Of a stretch of 64,000 nt of DNA, positions 59,501-64,000 are shown in pieces. The DNA comes from Setoptus koraiensis (Eukaryota; Animalia; Arthropoda), in assembly GCA_048013815.1 (NCBI GenBank), contig CM106585.1, forward strand, positions 4,836,001 through 4,900,000, written 5' to 3'. Within the stretch, counting starts at the first letter, position 1, and each line of letters begins with the position of its first letter. The translations under genes were made by a program, and so were the position numbers. Under the pieces are notes generated by a model that saw nothing but the letters and a program-made list of their open reading frames with translations, was not told where the DNA came from and made no database searches.

Positions 59501-61498
59501 GCTAAATGACTGACATTCCATGAATTAAGACTTGTAAGTAGAGAGATCCGCTTGCGTGGTGTGTACGGTATGCTTACGTTCGCTCGCCAGAGCAATTTCC
59601 TGAAATTTGTTTTTGTTGCCTTGCAACTTGAGTTCTAACTACCAACTTCTTTTCTGCTTTTACGATTCTCTCTCTCTCTCACACACACAAATAGAGAGTA
59701 TTTAGATTGAATCCCATCTAGCTCTCTCGTGTCTATGGTAGCCAACTAGCACCAAAATTATGTTTTTGCACTCCATTTAGCCCTATCTAATCTGTGTGTT
59801 GCCTTGCGTAGTCATCTTCTTCATTTGAATATTCATTTCAGTCAATCGTCTTATCTTGTTGCTCCGGTCTTATCCCATCTGAAGCCAAGGAGAAAGTTAC
59901 CCATCTGTTTATTTATTGGTCCATTTTTTCTCTTTGTGCCTCCATCACAAAGTATAAAAGATTTCACTTTTTCATTTGTTACCTGTTCTATTGTTGGAAG
60001 GTTCTATCTGGCTATTCTGAGACAATACTGCAACCATTTGTGTGTGCCCTATCTGTGTCCATCTACCGCTGTTCAGTATCAGATCATCTGATCGAATCGT
60101 TTCATCTAGGTCCATAATGGAATCCATGCTGCAACAGAAATAACAACAATGTGTTTCATTTTCATTCAACCTGTTGTCTCTTGTTGCCTCTTGGAATTTT
60201 CTTTATTTTCTTTGCATGCTTCTCAGAGATAAAACAGGCCGATTACCTTTTCATCTCTAGTTCCTGCTGTCTTTCAATGGCGATTTACACGTTTATCTTT
60301 ATCTCCCTGTCTGTATATCCAAATATGCAACGAGCAAAGAATTGATGATGACCCACATCGATTAAGCCGTGCCATACAACACACACACACACACACACAC
60401 TCGCCATACTGCATAACCGTTGAATGTTATGGCGACACTTTCTGCACTCACACAACTATAGGTTCGCTCTATATGAATTTGCGAACTATTAATTCGCACT
60501 TAAGCGCTCCTCACTCATGCGTAAAACATTTGCGCGCCACTTTCAATACCATTTCCGCACTAATTTCGAAACGTAAAACGAAAAGCCTCTTTGACAAATA
60601 GTGGCAGGCTATTTGTCCAAGAGGCGCCCCACTGAAGACCTTAATCTAGCCGGGAATCACTTACGTTCACTTGCAAATATTGCATGTATTACATCATAGG
60701 TGTCTCCCTTGCACTTTAAGACCACATCACTCAATTAATTGCTCAACTTAACCATGTTTGGTAGCCAGTGTCCGTATTTGTAACAAACCACATGACCAGC
60801 AACTATGTCAACTTGACAGATAAATTGTTGATGTATTTATGATAGAGTATGTACGATATTATCAGTTAGCAACTTAGGTGATTGATGAGATTGTAGTTTA
60901 AAAAAGTTGATTTCACAAATGAGATTATCGCCATGTTCAATTATTTACATTAATGCTATGGGTGCAATTCAACATTGTTTCGTTATGTTCACTTTCGCCA
61001 TCTCCGGCATCCTCAACCTGCGGTAGCGCATACTTCATATTTGTTGCATTATGAATTATTAATATGAGCTCATGTTTAATTAATTGAGCCACCATCATGA
61101 TAACGATAAAGATAATTCACCTTAAATAGTATAAAATAAATCTTCCATCAAGCCAGCCATTTGTTAGTCGTGTGTATTATAGTTAACTAAGCTCGAAGTG
61201 ATTGAATCGATACACCAGTATCATTCGTCTATGTCCCGCTCTCTCATGTTACCCGGCGTGGCTGGTTGACTGATGAGATGATGCGGTATGATGATAGTAT
61301 TGGTGAGCTCTCGCGAACATCAAATGAGATAGATATCTAATTATAATCAATCTCAATTTCTTTAATAAATTCCTAGGATCAAGCTCATTATAATCATGCA
61401 GTCTGTCCAATTTCCAAAAGTAATAAGCTCTATCTGTCTGTCTCTACGAATATCTCTTATTTCTAGTAATGAACGAGAGAACAAAGCGGACGTTTTAA

Positions 61499-61500
<2 letters not shown>

Positions 61501-61564
<64 letters not shown>
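61501..61564. repeat. compound (GT)n(GA)n microsatellite
   Basis: Read directly from the sequence. Confidence 0.95.
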
Positions 61565-64000
61565 CCAATGGGCAACTATCCAGTTTGTTACCAGCCAGCA
61601 AGAGTTGCATTAGTGAGAGTTGTTCACCAAGAGATAGTTGCATAATAATGAACGCAAATGTGTGCACCGGTAACGCAAGAAGAATCGCCTTCAAGCAATT
61701 TGGATCTATCTACGAGTTTTGTTAGGTGAAATTGAATTGATAGCTTAGATAGCACACAGTCCAGTATAACAGTAGATATATGGTGATGTAAGATTAGTTT
61801 AGGCTCATGCGATCGCTGGCAAGTCACTTATCACAACTAGAGCATCTACCTACCTGCGCTATTACGATAAAGAATAGTATAGTAGTAGTAGTAGTAGTAA
61901 TTCCAATATGATGATGATGATAATAATAATAATAATGCATTGCTGAAATAAAAGGAAGCTGAGAAGCGTGAGCTAAGCTGAGAAATTGGATGGAGACGAG
62001 GAGAGCGAGAAAGTTATTACATAACTTTCATTTATTTTTTCCTCTTTTCTAGCTATCACACACATACACACATTCGCACTAGCTAGTGTGTGTGTCCATT
62101 TTGCAGTTTGAACCTGTCCGAGGTGGTCCGAGATATGCTCTAACTGACCACTCTGAGTGAATGTCCTCCTTATACTTAGCGAGTCGTGGTTCATATTCAA
62201 GCCGATGATTTTCGATTGAAAGCCAACAAACTGGTATAAGCATGGAGATGTTGTTGAATTTCACTACTGCTACGAGATATTAATGATGTTGTTGTTGTTG
62301 CTGCTGCTTTCATTGCGTTATAATGCTCAAGTTGATGATGATGAACGATTAGACATCATCGTCTTAATTCGGGCTCACTCTCGCTACTTCATTGCATTGC
62401 GTACAACAAAATCGAAATCTTTGAAGCCATGAGCTTGCTCTTTATATATTTTGATTGTGAATATGAAATCAAGTTGTCATGGTTCCACTGGCTACTACAT
62501 GGCTCACATCATCACACCATCTCACCATTGCAAGCTTTCTCTCTCGCTCTCTCTCTCTCTGGCAAGCTACTACCGTGCTGTCTCAAAAGGAACCCGTCGA
62601 CCGTCGTGTTGCTACTGCACTCTTTAATTAATAGTTGCTGAACAGTGGCCATCCTAATCGACCATTACTAACTAACGTACAAATTGAACTTTTTACACCG
62701 CTCACTGGTGATGATGCGAGACCTCTCACATCTTCAATTGTAGATGGCCCCGAGGTTTTTTTCTCTTTCACTTGCTCGCCCGTTCGCTCGCTCTGGCCAT
62801 TGGCTGAAGAAGACCAATGTATGAATTAAGAATAACGCGAATTACAGTGGTGAGAAATATGAATGAGTTGGATGAAATGTTTACATGTGTGCAAAGAAAA
62901 ATGTTAGTCGAGTTGCATCACTCTCTTTCAGCAAGACCTATCTTGCTCTGTTAGATAGGTCTTGCTGTCTAGGCCCGGGTGACCACTAAATTGCTAAAGA
63001 TAGCCGCTAATAGATGCATGTTTTTCTTCATTTACCGTTGTTAATGTTGTTGTGGCTTTTTGTTCGTTGTTGCCGTTCTATCCATGTTACTCTGCTATTT
63101 TCTAACTGCAATGTGTTGTTGTCTTTGTTCTGACCACAACAACACCGGATATAATGTGTTGATGATGCTACTGCTGCTTCTGTTGATGATGATGATGATG
63201 ATGATGAGAGAGAGAGATAAAGCCAGAGCTCTCAACAACATTGAACAAATGAAATTAGATAGGATTAGCCCTCAGGAAAGCCTAGTGAGAAGAGATCTCT
63301 GATTGTGTGTAAATGTGACCATTGTCTCAATCAACAACAAATAATGCATAAGGGCTTCTTTTCCATTACATAACATTATCAATACAATATATTTAAAGAG
63401 AGGCAAAAGAAAAAGTTGCTGCTCACCCATTGAGTGGTTGAGAGAAGCACTCACAACTAAGCGATCAAGATAATACTAAACGAATGATAATAACCACTAA
63501 TGACTCATTTTCCTTCCCATCATCACTATTTGTCTTGATACTTTGTTTGCATGGATGAACCACACACACTTTAAATGGGCACAAATACAACCGATGCCGG
63601 TTAATGCATCCATTCAAAATATATTATTCATATATACATATATGGCCCATGAACATAACCAATCCGCTGTTTCTACTGCTACATTGCATCACATCACATC
63701 TTATCACATCACGTCACATCACATCACACCACATCACGATTGATCTGCTTTAATCACCATCTTATCACTCATTGGTATTATGAATATTAATGGATCAATG
63801 TTATTATATTATTGATGGTGTTTATTGGGCACACACACAAACAAAAATGAATGAATACCAATCATTCAAACGCAACAATCAACAACAACAATCTAATCAT
63901 ACGCCTCCGCATCCACTATGGCTACTATTTTATCAAACACAACAACAACAAACCTTTTTGATGTCGTCATAATGTTGCCAATACGAATCTCAATGGTCAC

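Noticed and set aside
55330-63972. Short ORFs of 60-110 aa in the AT-rich tail
   Set aside because: No motifs, many are microsatellite-derived, and no consistent exon chain could be built.

Overview
Eukaryotic genomic DNA. The source is inferred to be a small-genome arthropod, probably a mite, from the steppke-type cytohesin, the TATA+TCAGT core promoter, intron-poor housekeeping genes and poly-N/Q runs. The window has two compartments. Positions 1 to about 29.5 kb are GC/CpG-rich and full of short tandem repeats and palindromes. They hold a recent Ty1/copia retrotransposon (3075-7613, TTATG target-site duplication) whose gag half is internally inverted with loss of the integrase core. They also hold the 3' eight exons of a GPR158/179-like class C GPCR with a ~740-aa Cys-free second extracellular loop, and an antisense secreted-protein gene nested in one of its introns. 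Positions ~30-50 kb are an AT-rich, tightly packed housekeeping block: GBF1, a small PBZ-finger protein, PCMTD1, a two-domain carboxypeptidase D whose first domain looks catalytically dead, cytohesin and a minimal USP16/45. Positions 50-64 kb are mostly non-coding, with one secreted-protein ORF and two clean hairpins, one of them pre-miRNA-like. No rRNA, tRNA or CRISPR array was found. Most short entries in the ORF track are chance ORFs. Exon boundaries were read by hand from GT-AG sites and reading-frame continuity; no database search was run.
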